From NCBI GenBank assembly GCA_965208575.1, contig CBDBOV010000004.1:384001-448000 (forward strand): DNA of 64,000 bases. Reading direction: 5' to 3'. Both the position numbers and the translations under genes were made by a program. Positions 40,638 to 49,708 of this stretch are shown one piece after another. The stretch is from Spirochaetia bacterium (GTDB lineage Bacteria > Spirochaetota > Spirochaetia > SZUA-6 > Bin103). Below the pieces are notes generated by a model that was given only the letters and a program-made list of their open reading frames with translations, did not search any database and was not told the DNA's origin. Within the stretch, counting starts at the first letter, position 1; each line of letters begins with the position of its first letter.

Positions 40638-40967
40638 ATGACCAAGATCACGGCTACTCTCCTGTTCCCGACCGAACACGGCGAGATTGAGGTTTCGCCC
40701 TCGGACGTGCTGGCTGCCGCCATGACAGGGCTCGCACTCAAGGGCGTGGCACCCAAGAAGGCAGCCCGGCGCGCATACAGATACATGGTTGAGTTGCTCC
40801 AAGAGATGGACCGTCGATCCCCTCCAGAGCCATCAGCACCACCCGCATCGCCAACCCCGCCGCCGCGCCTCGCTCGTGCCCCCCAGGAGCCCGGCGGTCG
40901 ATACGACGGACGGCCCGCCGGCGAGTGGGAACGCCACGAAGCGAAGCGCAAGCGCGAGCACCAGTGA
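40638..40967 (+). CDS. Hypothetical passenger protein (109 aa, Pro-rich C-terminus)
   Basis: RBS GGGAGG; MTKITATLLFPTEHGEIEV... Confidence 0.6.
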   Translation: MTKITATLLFPTEHGEIEVSPSDVLAAAMTGLALKGVAPKKAARRAYRYMVELLQEMDRRSPPEPSAPPASPTPPPRLARAPQEPGGRYDGRPAGEWERHEAKRKREHQ

Positions 40968-41102
40968 TATAGTGGGCGGGGGCTGGCGCGCCCAGCAACG
41001 CCCCACCAAGCCATTTTCTTAGCCAAGTTATGGTCCGGCGAGGTATGGCGTGGCCGGTTCGGCATCCGCCAGCCCCCTATTTTTCAAATTGACCCACTAC
41101 CA

Positions 41103-42134
41103 CACGGCCTGTATGGGATGCTCACGGTGGTGCGCGCCTACTACGCCAGCAGCACGGGTCGGGGGCTGGCGCCGCTGGATGAACGGCTGGGGATCGGGCA
41201 CGGGCACACGCCGGCGTGTGAGTACCATGTGGCGCGGTTCGTCGGCGACAATCCCTACCAGAGGAGCCGGGAACATTTTTGTCAGATCTTCCGCCCCGAC
41301 GGCACCGAAGAGATCTCACTGCACAAGATCGAACAGATGGTCGATGGGCTTGGGGTGCGGCTGGAGCACGAACGTCAGGAGGAGATCACGGCTCAGTTCG
41401 AGGACGGCAAGCGCATAGCGGTCGCCGATGAGATCACCGGCACGATGGTGGTGTGCATCGATGCAGGGAAGGCGCCAACGAAGGGCAACGAACGTATAGA
41501 TGACGACAAGAGAAAGAGATACGACCGTGAGTTCCGAGACGTCAAGGTGGCGAGCGTGTCGGCGTTGGAGTGGGATGAGGTAAATCAGGAGGCACGCTGC
41601 AGCGACAGTTCCTACGTGCTGGGCATCGAGCATGCCGATCAGTTTTTTCAGCGTATCTGGGTGGAGATGAACCGGCGCAGCCGCGATCTGAGCTCGCTAC
41701 GTTTGGTGTTCATCGGCGACGGGGCTGACTGGATCTGGCGCCGTGTGGGAGACCTGGACCACGAGCGCAGTCGCCACATCCTGGACTTCTGTCACGCCGC
41801 CGATCACCTCGCGGATGTGTGCAAGATCGTCGACGGAGAGGGCAGTGATCGCTTCTATGAACGCTTCCAACGCTGGCGCGGCATCCTCCGCGAGGGCGGG
41901 GCCTCCGAGCTGATCGTCGAGCTGAAGCAGTTGCGCGACACCGCCGACAGCGGCAAGGCGCGCGATTACGTCGTCGCGGCCCGCATGAAGCAGAGCGGCA
42001 TGACCTGGACCCTGGCGGGAGCACAGCACATGCTTCAGATCCGTGCATCTCTCATGAGCTCGCGGTTTGCACGCGACTTCCAGCACTCACTTCCAGCACG
42101 TCCCGAGATTGAGGAGCTGCCGGCTGCCGCCTGA
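41103..42134 (+). pseudogene. ISKra4-family transposase, 3' part (5' stub at 36897-36950), internally deleted
   Basis: RAYY, PLDERLG, VCIDAG, IGDGADWIW, ILDFCHAADHL, RMKQSGMTW; the usual IGSGxxES segment is absent. Confidence 0.85.
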
Positions 42135-42173
42135 GCCCGCTATCCACAGTTTGGGGTCGCACCCCACGCGCGC

Positions 42174-42202
42174 TTGACGGCCGTTGCAGAGTCGGCTATG
42201 GT
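42174..42202 (+). promoter_or_regulatory. Sigma70-type promoter abutting the ISKra4 TSD
   Basis: TTGACG-N17-TATGGT. Confidence 0.55.
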
Positions 42203-42491
42203 GATCCCCTTGGGATCGCGACCGATGCGCATGCTGCATGACGACACGTACCCGCGCAGCCACTGGTCAATTACGTCATCACATCGACAACAACCCGGTA
42301 TTCCCGGCGCACAGGAGGTGCACATGGCACGCAAAGAACCGCACGCGCGCGCGGCGTAAGCCCCGTGAGTCACGCGCCCCGCGCCTGGGGAGTTGACTCT
42401 GTTCGAACGCCTGCGTTGCGGGCGCTGAGAGTACCGGAAGCGGCAATACGCCACCCGATACGCTCGTAATCTTTCTATCAAGGAGTACGTC

Positions 42492-44288
42492 ATGAACCAT
42501 ATGACAAAGACCTGCGCCGTTGCGCTGGTCCTGGGCCTTGTGCTGACCGCAACCGGCCTGTGGGCCGCGGCCGCAGAGGAGGAGCCGGCCGCGGCGATGG
42601 AGAAGGAAATGGTGCTCGATCCCACCACCGGCGAGATGGTGGAGGCGCCACGGTACGGCGGCACGTTGACCTACGCCGAGCGGATCGAGCCGCCGGGTAC
42701 CGACCCCTTCGACCAGGGCGGCGCGCCACGGGGCGTCGATAGCGTTTTGGAGAAGCTCTCCATCGGCAACTGGGGCATAGGCAGGGACGAATTTGCCTTC
42801 TCCACCAGGTACGTGCCGCTGTGGGCCATGAAACCCAACTTGGCGGAGAGCTGGGAAACGCCTGACCCCACCACGATCGTCATCAACATCCGCCCGGGCG
42901 TTCGCTGGCACAACAAGGCACCGATGAACGGTCGGGAGCTGACCGCCCAGGATGTCGAATTCAACTTTCACCGCTATACGGGTCTGGGCAGCGGCTTCAC
43001 GGAACCGAGCCAATTCAACTCGATGAATGCCGCGACCTGGGAATCGATTACGGCCACCGACGATGCCACGGTGGTGTTCAAGCTGAAGGTGCCTCGCAGC
43101 GACGGGCTGGAGGTCATCGTCACCCACTGGTTCCATTTCATTCTGCCTCCCGAGGTAATCAAGCAGCATGGCAACATCCACGATTGGAGGAACCTGGTCG
43201 GCACCGGGCCCTACATGCTGACGGACTGGGTCAAGGGCAGCTCCCTGACCTATACCAGGAACCCGGACTACCGGGGCACCGACGAGAAATACCCACAGAA
43301 CCGGTTGCCCTACATCGACGAGTTACGACGCGTGGTCATGCCCGAACAAGCAACCTGGCTGGCGGCACTGCGCTCGGGCAAGCATGACATTACCGGCTTG
43401 TTCGGCGACACGCAATTGGGCGATGTCAACCAGGTAGAGAGCCTCCAACAGAGCAACCCCGAGATCACGTTGCACCCGTGGTACTTTCGCTCGGAGACCT
43501 CCGTTCTTTTCAACCTGCGCAACCAGCCGCCATTCGACGACATCCGGGTGCGCAAAGCCATGCAGATGGCCATCGACCTGGAGACCGTCAACAACACCTA
43601 CTACAAGGGTCTTGCCAAGTGGCAACCCCAGGGGATTATCGGCGACAGTCTGAAGGGGTACCATGTCCCCTTCGAAGAGTGGCCCGAAGCCGTGAAGCAG
43701 GGCTACCGGTATGATCCGGAAGGGGCGGAAAAGCTTCTGGATGAGGCGGGGTATCCGCGCGGCGCGGATGACGTTCGATTCAAGACCTTCCTGCACCACT
43801 TGCAGCGATTGGACGTCGGCTATCAGGAAATAGCCGTCCAATACTGGGCGCAGATTGGCGTCGACGTGGAGATTCAGCAACATGACAACACTCCGCATGC
43901 GGCGCTGAAGAGGGAAGGCAATTATGAAGGGATGGCGTCTTCGGTGCTCGGCGTCGACCAGGCGCCCCTCCCGATGATGGGATGGATTCACTCGAGAAGA
44001 CCGGACGCGAACTCCGGCGGACATCAGGACCCGGTGATGGACGCCAAGGCGGAAGCCGCCGAAACCGCTGCCAGCGCCGAGGATCAGCAGAGGCTGGTTG
44101 GCGAGGCAGATATGTACTTTGTCGCGCAGCATTACAACCTGTGGGGTCCCAAGGTTCCGTTGTTCAATGCAACCCAGCCATGGGTCAAGGGCTATAACGG
44201 CGAAGTCGAGCTGGGACTGGCTCGCGCAATTGCCATCCTGGCCCGCATCTGGATCGATAGTGATCTGAAGCAAGAGATGGGCGGCTAG
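42492..44288 (+). CDS. ABC solute-binding protein, family 5
   Basis: RBS AAGGAG; TATGLWAAAAEEE, LAESWE, VGTGPY, NRLPYID. Confidence 0.94.
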   Translation: MNHMTKTCAVALVLGLVLTATGLWAAAAEEEPAAAMEKEMVLDPTTGEMVEAPRYGGTLTYAERIEPPGTDPFDQGGAPRGVDSVLEKLSIGNWGIGRDEFAFSTRYVPLWAMKPNLAESWETPDPTTIVINIRPGVRWHNKAPMNGRELTAQDVEFNFHRYTGLGSGFTEPSQFNSMNAATWESITATDDATVVFKLKVPRSDGLEVIVTHWFHFILPPEVIKQHGNIHDWRNLVGTGPYMLTDWVKGSSLTYTRNPDYRGTDEKYPQNRLPYIDELRRVVMPEQATWLAALRSGKHDITGLFGDTQLGDVNQVESLQQSNPEITLHPWYFRSETSVLFNLRNQPPFDDIRVRKAMQMAIDLETVNNTYYKGLAKWQPQGIIGDSLKGYHVPFEEWPEAVKQGYRYDPEGAEKLLDEAGYPRGADDVRFKTFLHHLQRLDVGYQEIAVQYWAQIGVDVEIQQHDNTPHAALKREGNYEGMASSVLGVDQAPLPMMGWIHSRRPDANSGGHQDPVMDAKAEAAETAASAEDQQRLVGEADMYFVAQHYNLWGPKVPLFNATQPWVKGYNGEVELGLARAIAILARIWIDSDLKQEMGG

Positions 44289-44403
44289 CGCCCCCGCTGA
44301 CCTCCGTGCACAGGGGCTGGGATGTTGCATTCGGAGCGCCGCTTCAGAGCGCGCTCCCAGCCCTCACTCATTGCATCCCTCACTCATTGCATAAGGTGTC
44401 CCA

Positions 44404-45363
44404 GTGAGAGCCTATATCATCAGGCGCTTGTTGCTGGTCATCCCCACCCTGTTTCTCCTGAGCATCATCGTCTTTCTCACCGTGCGCTTCATCCCCGGCG
44501 ACGTCGTAGACGCCATGTTGAGCGAGATGCAATGGGAGGGTGGCGGAGATCTGGACCGTGCAGCGCTTGAGCATCGGCTGGGATTGGACGTGCCGGTCTG
44601 GATGCAGTATGGACGCTGGATCGGCGACATGTTCCGGCACGGCAGCCTCGGCCGATCACTGTGGCGCGACTTGCCGGTAGAGGAGGAGATACTCTCCCGG
44701 TTGCCGGTCACCATCGAGCTTGGCCTCCTGGCCATCTTCATCGGGCTCGTGATCGCGCTGCCGGTGGGCATCTACTCGGCGGTGCGCCAGGATACCGCCG
44801 CCGACTACCTGGGACGCTCGGTCGCCATCATCGGCCTGGCCACGCCGAACTTCTGGCTGGCCATCATGGTGTTGATCTATCCGACCATCTGGTGGGGCTG
44901 GACCCCGCCGCTGGAATACGTTCCGTTCGCCGAACACCCGCTGGACAATCTCGCGGGGTTCTTCATCCCCAGCCTGATCCTGGGGACGGCGATGGCCGCC
45001 GCCACCATGCGGATGACGCGCACCATGACGCTGGAGGTGCTGCGGCAGGACTACATCCGTACCGCCTGGTCCAAGGGGATGGCGGAGCGGGTGGTGATTG
45101 TGCGGCACACCCTCAAGAATGCCCTCATCCCGGTGGTGACCCTCGTCGGCCTGCAGATGCCGATCCTGGTCGGGGGTGCGGTGATCATGGAGAACATCTT
45201 CGCCCTGCCGGGACTCGGTCGCCTCATGCTCGATGCCCTGCAAAGCCGTGACTACCCGGTGGTGCAGGGAACCAACCTGTTCTTCGCCACCGGGGTGGTG
45301 CTGCTCAATCTCCTCATCGACCTGATCTATCCCTACCTGGACCCGAGGGTACGGTATGAGTAG
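44404..45363 (+). CDS. Dpp/Opp-type ABC permease (B subunit)
   Basis: Close paralogue of 9256-10215. Confidence 0.93.
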   Translation: MRAYIIRRLLLVIPTLFLLSIIVFLTVRFIPGDVVDAMLSEMQWEGGGDLDRAALEHRLGLDVPVWMQYGRWIGDMFRHGSLGRSLWRDLPVEEEILSRLPVTIELGLLAIFIGLVIALPVGIYSAVRQDTAADYLGRSVAIIGLATPNFWLAIMVLIYPTIWWGWTPPLEYVPFAEHPLDNLAGFFIPSLILGTAMAAATMRMTRTMTLEVLRQDYIRTAWSKGMAERVVIVRHTLKNALIPVVTLVGLQMPILVGGAVIMENIFALPGLGRLMLDALQSRDYPVVQGTNLFFATGVVLLNLLIDLIYPYLDPRVRYE

Positions 45364-46366
45364 GAACAGGGATGCGCAGACAGCACCCGCCGGTCAGCTT
45401 GTTCGGACCGGTGAATCCAGGTGGCGGGGCTGGCTGGCTGATTTCTTGATCAGGCTGTGGCAGGAGAAGCCCCTGGGGACCGCCTGCGGGATTCTCGTCG
45501 TGATCCTGATTCTCGTCGCGATGCTTGCCGAGCGTCTGGCGCCCTACCCCTACCAGGAAATACACCTGCCGGACATCATGCAGGGCGCATCCGCCCGCTA
45601 TCTGCTGGGGACCGACCACCTGGGGCGAGACCTGTTGAGCCGCATCCTCCATGGAGCTCGCATCTCCTTGACCGTCGGTCTGGCGGCAACGGCACTGAAT
45701 GCGTTGGTCGCCGTGCTGATCGGCGGGATTTCCGGGTTCCTTGGCGGAAGAGTGGACTTGGCGGTACAGCGTTTTGTCGATGCCTGGATGGCCTTCCCGG
45801 GGCTGCTGCTGTTGTTGACCATCATGTCGATCGTGGGACAGGGGTTGCTGCAGATCATCGTGGTGCTGGGGATCGCCGGCGGCATCGGCGGCTCCCGCGT
45901 CATCCGCAGCGCCGTGATCGGGGTCAAGGAGAACGACTACTTTCAGGCCGCCCGGGCCGTGGGCACGCGCACCAGCCGGATCCTGGTGCGGCACGTGGTG
46001 CCCAACATCATGGCGCCGATCATCATCATCTTCTCGATCAACATCGGCGGCGTGATCATTGCCGAGGCCAGCTTGAGCTTCCTGGGATTCGGGCTGCCGG
46101 TCCAGGTTCCGAGCTGGGGAGGGATGCTCAGCCGCGAGGGACGCCAGTACATGGAGCAGGCGCCCCGGCTGGCGCTGTGGCCCGGGCTCTGCCTGACGAT
46201 CGTCGTCTATGCGCTCAACATGTTCGGCGACGCGGTCCGCGACCTGCTCGACCCCCGGCTGCGCGGCGGCCAGGGAAGTTACGGCACCTCGGGTAACCGC
46301 CAGCGAGGCCTCCTGCGGCGTGGCGGTCACGCTGCTTCCGCATCGCCACGGGACTCGCGCGTTTGA
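45356..46366 (+). CDS. Dpp/Opp-type ABC permease (C subunit)
   Basis: Close paralogue of 8323-9240. Confidence 0.93.
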   Translation: MSRNRDAQTAPAGQLVRTGESRWRGWLADFLIRLWQEKPLGTACGILVVILILVAMLAERLAPYPYQEIHLPDIMQGASARYLLGTDHLGRDLLSRILHGARISLTVGLAATALNALVAVLIGGISGFLGGRVDLAVQRFVDAWMAFPGLLLLLTIMSIVGQGLLQIIVVLGIAGGIGGSRVIRSAVIGVKENDYFQAARAVGTRTSRILVRHVVPNIMAPIIIIFSINIGGVIIAEASLSFLGFGLPVQVPSWGGMLSREGRQYMEQAPRLALWPGLCLTIVVYALNMFGDAVRDLLDPRLRGGQGSYGTSGNRQRGLLRRGGHAASASPRDSRV

Positions 46367-46550
46367 TCCCGGCAGCCCGAGCGCGACGGCACCCTGGCCG
46401 CTACCGAGGCGCGCGGACTGGCGTTCATCCCCTGGAGTCCCTGGAGCGCCACCCCTGGCCGGAGGAGAGCGACGCACAGCCACGGCGACGTTTGACGCGC
46501 GGGCGCGGGCCACGATAGGTTGTGCGACGTTCCCAACAAGGAGGAAGTCG

Positions 46551-48569
46551 ATGAAAGTGATATCGCGGCTCGTACCGGCCGCCCTGATCGCCGGCTTGGC
46601 GGCGTCTGCCGCGTTCGCCGGCGGGGATGGCGAAGGCGAGGTACAGATGTCCGCGCCGGCGGCCGAGATGATGGCCGAGTACGGCGACGTGTGGCAGTGG
46701 GACACCGTGCAGGAGTACGAGGCCGACACCGGCAACAAGATCACCCAGTTCGGCGAGGCGCCGATGCTGGCGGCGATGGTGGCGGCCGGAGATCTGCCCC
46801 CGGTGGAGGAACGGCTCCCCGACGAACCGCTGGTATTCAACGTGTTCGAGGGCATCGGCACCTACGGCGGCACCCTCAAGGCGGCCTCGATCGGTACCGA
46901 GTACACCGAACTGACGCCGATCCGCGGGTTGGCCGGCGCCGTGCAGACCGCCAACCGCGGTCCGGGAAACCCGATCGACATCGTGCCCTATGCCCACAAG
47001 GGCTGGGAGATGTCGGAGGACCAGAAGACGGTCACCATGTACCTGCGGCGCGGCATGAAGTGGTCCGACGGCCACCCCTACACCGCCGACGACGTGATGT
47101 TCTCGTTCGAGGACTTCATACTCATCGACGAGTTCCCGTCCGGCTGGCATCGCAGCGGCTGGGGGCCGATGTCGCACGCCGAGAAGGTGGACGACTTCAC
47201 GGTACGGCTGCACTACACCGATCCGTTTCCGACGCTGCCGGGCTGGTACGAGTTCTGGGGCGGCTGGCAGCCTCACTCCTATCCCAAGCACTACCTCTCC
47301 AAGTACCATGCCAAGTACAACGACAACGCCGACGCCCTGGCCAAGGAGGAAGGCTACGACAACTGGGTGCAGGCGGTGTGGGCGAAACAGGCCAGCACCA
47401 GCGACTTTCGGGTGGAGGACCTGAACACCCCGAGCGTCAATCCCTGGAACCACGAGGAGATCACCACCACCTACGTGCTCCACGTGCGCAATCCCTATCA
47501 CTTCGCGATCGACCCGGCCGGCAACCAGCTCCCCTACATCGACCGCCTGCGCGTGGAGACGGTAGCCGACGCCGAGACCCTCAACCTGAAGGTGATCTCC
47601 GGCGAGCTGTCGGTGGCCGCCATCGGACTGTCCACTCCCGACTTCCCGCTGTTCAAGGAGAACGAGGAAGCGGGCGACTACGAGACGCTGATGTGGCCGC
47701 GCGCCGCGGGGGCGGAGAGCTTCTATGCCTTCAACCTCACGCACCAGGACCCGGTGCAGCGCGAGATTTTCCAGGACGTGCGCTTCCGGCAGGCGATGTC
47801 GCTGGCGATCGACCGCGAGGAGATCAACAAGGTGCTGTTCTTCGGGCTGGCGGTTCCGCGGCAGGCGGCGATGGACCCGGAGAACTCCTTCTACAAGGAG
47901 GAGTGGGCAACCCGCTACGCGGAGTACGACCCCGACACCGCCAACCGGCTGCTCGACGAAATGGGACTTGAGCGCGGTGGCGACGGTTTCCGCCTGCGCC
48001 CCGACGGCGAGGTGCTGACGGCCCAGATAGTGATCCCGCTGGAGTGGCCGAGTCACGTGGCGGTCAGCGAGCTGGTGGCCGAGTACTGGGGGGACGTGGG
48101 CGTCAAGGTGGACCCGCGCTCGTACAGCATCGACCTGGTAGTGGAGCGGCTGACCACCAACGACTATGACGTTTCCGTGTGGTTCCTGCGCCGCACCAAC
48201 GCGAGCAAGGGCTATCTGCCGTCCAACAAGTTCACCTCCAACGACGGCTGGTACGCGACCCAGTGGTGGGCCTGGCACCACTCCGGAGGCGAGCAGGGCG
48301 AGGAGCCGCCGCCGGAGTTCCAGGAGTACTTCAAGCTGGCCGACCGGTGGTACATCACGGCCGACAAGGCCGAACGCGACCGCATTGCCACGCAGGTGTT
48401 CGACTTCGCCTCCGAGCAGGTGCTGCTGATCGGCACGGTCGGCTATGCCCCGGTGCCGGTCGTAGTGAGCAACCACTTGGGCAACTTTCCGCGTGACGTT
48501 CGGTTCGCCGGCGACGACGCGCATTCCCTCCGCGACGTCAAGCCCGACCAGTGGTACATCAAGCAGTAA
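46551..48569 (+). CDS. ABC solute-binding protein, family 5 (orphan paralogue of 53073-55094)
   Basis: TTGACG-N18-TAGGTT promoter, RBS AGGAGG; start moved to ATG 46551. Confidence 0.94.
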   Translation: MKVISRLVPAALIAGLAASAAFAGGDGEGEVQMSAPAAEMMAEYGDVWQWDTVQEYEADTGNKITQFGEAPMLAAMVAAGDLPPVEERLPDEPLVFNVFEGIGTYGGTLKAASIGTEYTELTPIRGLAGAVQTANRGPGNPIDIVPYAHKGWEMSEDQKTVTMYLRRGMKWSDGHPYTADDVMFSFEDFILIDEFPSGWHRSGWGPMSHAEKVDDFTVRLHYTDPFPTLPGWYEFWGGWQPHSYPKHYLSKYHAKYNDNADALAKEEGYDNWVQAVWAKQASTSDFRVEDLNTPSVNPWNHEEITTTYVLHVRNPYHFAIDPAGNQLPYIDRLRVETVADAETLNLKVISGELSVAAIGLSTPDFPLFKENEEAGDYETLMWPRAAGAESFYAFNLTHQDPVQREIFQDVRFRQAMSLAIDREEINKVLFFGLAVPRQAAMDPENSFYKEEWATRYAEYDPDTANRLLDEMGLERGGDGFRLRPDGEVLTAQIVIPLEWPSHVAVSELVAEYWGDVGVKVDPRSYSIDLVVERLTTNDYDVSVWFLRRTNASKGYLPSNKFTSNDGWYATQWWAWHHSGGEQGEEPPPEFQEYFKLADRWYITADKAERDRIATQVFDFASEQVLLIGTVGYAPVPVVVSNHLGNFPRDVRFAGDDAHSLRDVKPDQWYIKQ

Positions 48570-48574
48570 AATCC

Positions 48575-49708
48575 TCAATGATAAGGGTCGGCAGCATCCC
48601 GCAGCCCATCGCCCATGAAATTGAACAGCAGCACCGTCACCACCACAAACAGACCAGGTATCAACAGCCAGGGATGAAGGGCAACGGCGCGGAAGTTCTG
48701 CGCCTGGCTCAGCAGGACTCCCCAGCTCACTACCGGAGGTCTCAAGCCCACGCCGATGAAGCTCAGCGCCGTCTCCCCAAGGATCATGCTCGGAACCGCA
48801 AGGGTTAGGCTGACGATCAGGTAGCTCATGAATCCCGGCAACAGATGCCGGGTGATGATACGCCGCTCTTTGGCACCAGATATCCGCGCCGCAAGCACGT
48901 AGTCCTCCTCCCGTAGCTGGATGATCTTGCTGCGAACCACCCGCGCGAGCTCGGTCCAACTGACGATGGAGAGAATGACGGTCACGAGGAAGTACAACCG
49001 CACCGGCGGGAAGCGCGGGGGCACGGCCGTGGCGAGGGCCATCCACAGCGGAATCTGCGGCAGCGACTGCAGGAACTCGATGAGGCGCTGGATGAGCAGA
49101 TCCACCGTTCCGCCGAAGAACCCGGAGACTCCTCCAAGAATGGCACCGATCACAAAGCTCAGCGCCACTCCCACGAGTCCCACCGAAAGCGACACCCTGG
49201 CGCCGGCGAGAATACGGGAGTACACGTCACGACCGAGGTGATCTGCACCGAACAGGTACAGCTTGCCCGGCTCATCCACACCGAAGAGGCGCGTGCGAGC
49301 AGGGAACAAACCCAGCAGCTTGTATTCCTCCTCCCCGCGGACGAAGAGGCGAATGGGATAGACTTGAGACTCGTTTATCTCGAACAATTTGCGCAGCGTC
49401 TCAGGATCCCTGCCGGGCACAAGCCCATAGACAAAGGGCCGGACAAGCCTGCCGTCGTGAAAGATCCTGACCCGTGTCGGCGGTGCAAAAACATGATCCG
49501 AGCTGCGCTGAAAGGTGCCCCAGACGGAGAAGAAACCGGCAAATGCAGCGCCGAGATAGAGCACAGCGAGTCCGGTAAGCCCCACCAGAGCGAGCTTATG
49601 CTTGAAGAACTTCCGCCTCATCAGCGTCCAGCTGGACGCCGCGTAGAGTTTCTCCTGCTCAGCAGTTTCCTGCCTCCCGGCGGCGATGATCTGATCCGAT
49701 GTGCTCAC
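48575..49708 (-). CDS. Dpp/Opp-type ABC permease (C subunit)
   Basis: FGADHLGRDVYSR, GDGLRDAADPY. Confidence 0.93.
   Translation of the reverse strand: MSTSDQIIAAGRQETAEQEKLYAASSWTLMRRKFFKHKLALVGLTGLAVLYLGAAFAGFFSVWGTFQRSSDHVFAPPTRVRIFHDGRLVRPFVYGLVPGRDPETLRKLFEINESQVYPIRLFVRGEEEYKLLGLFPARTRLFGVDEPGKLYLFGADHLGRDVYSRILAGARVSLSVGLVGVALSFVIGAILGGVSGFFGGTVDLLIQRLIEFLQSLPQIPLWMALATAVPPRFPPVRLYFLVTVILSIVSWTELARVVRSKIIQLREEDYVLAARISGAKERRIITRHLLPGFMSYLIVSLTLAVPSMILGETALSFIGVGLRPPVVSWGVLLSQAQNFRAVALHPWLLIPGLFVVVTVLLFNFMGDGLRDAADPYH

Larger units (their letters stand above)
36951..41101 (-). mobile_element. IS1-family (ISMhu11-like) element with passenger genes and RNAs
   Basis: Right end TTTCAAATTGACCCACTACC (reads GGTAGTG inward); 7-bp direct repeat ACACGGC at 36944-36950 and 41102-41108; left end GCTGATGG is degenerate. 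Confidence 0.65.
36808..42164 (+). mobile_element. ISKra4-family element, interrupted and decayed
   Basis: IRs AGGTGTGACCCCATTTTGTGGATAG (36808-36832) and CTATCCACAGTTTGGGGTCGCACCC (42140-42164); perfect 9-bp TSD CACGCGCGC at 36799-36807 and 42165-42173. Confidence 0.88.
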
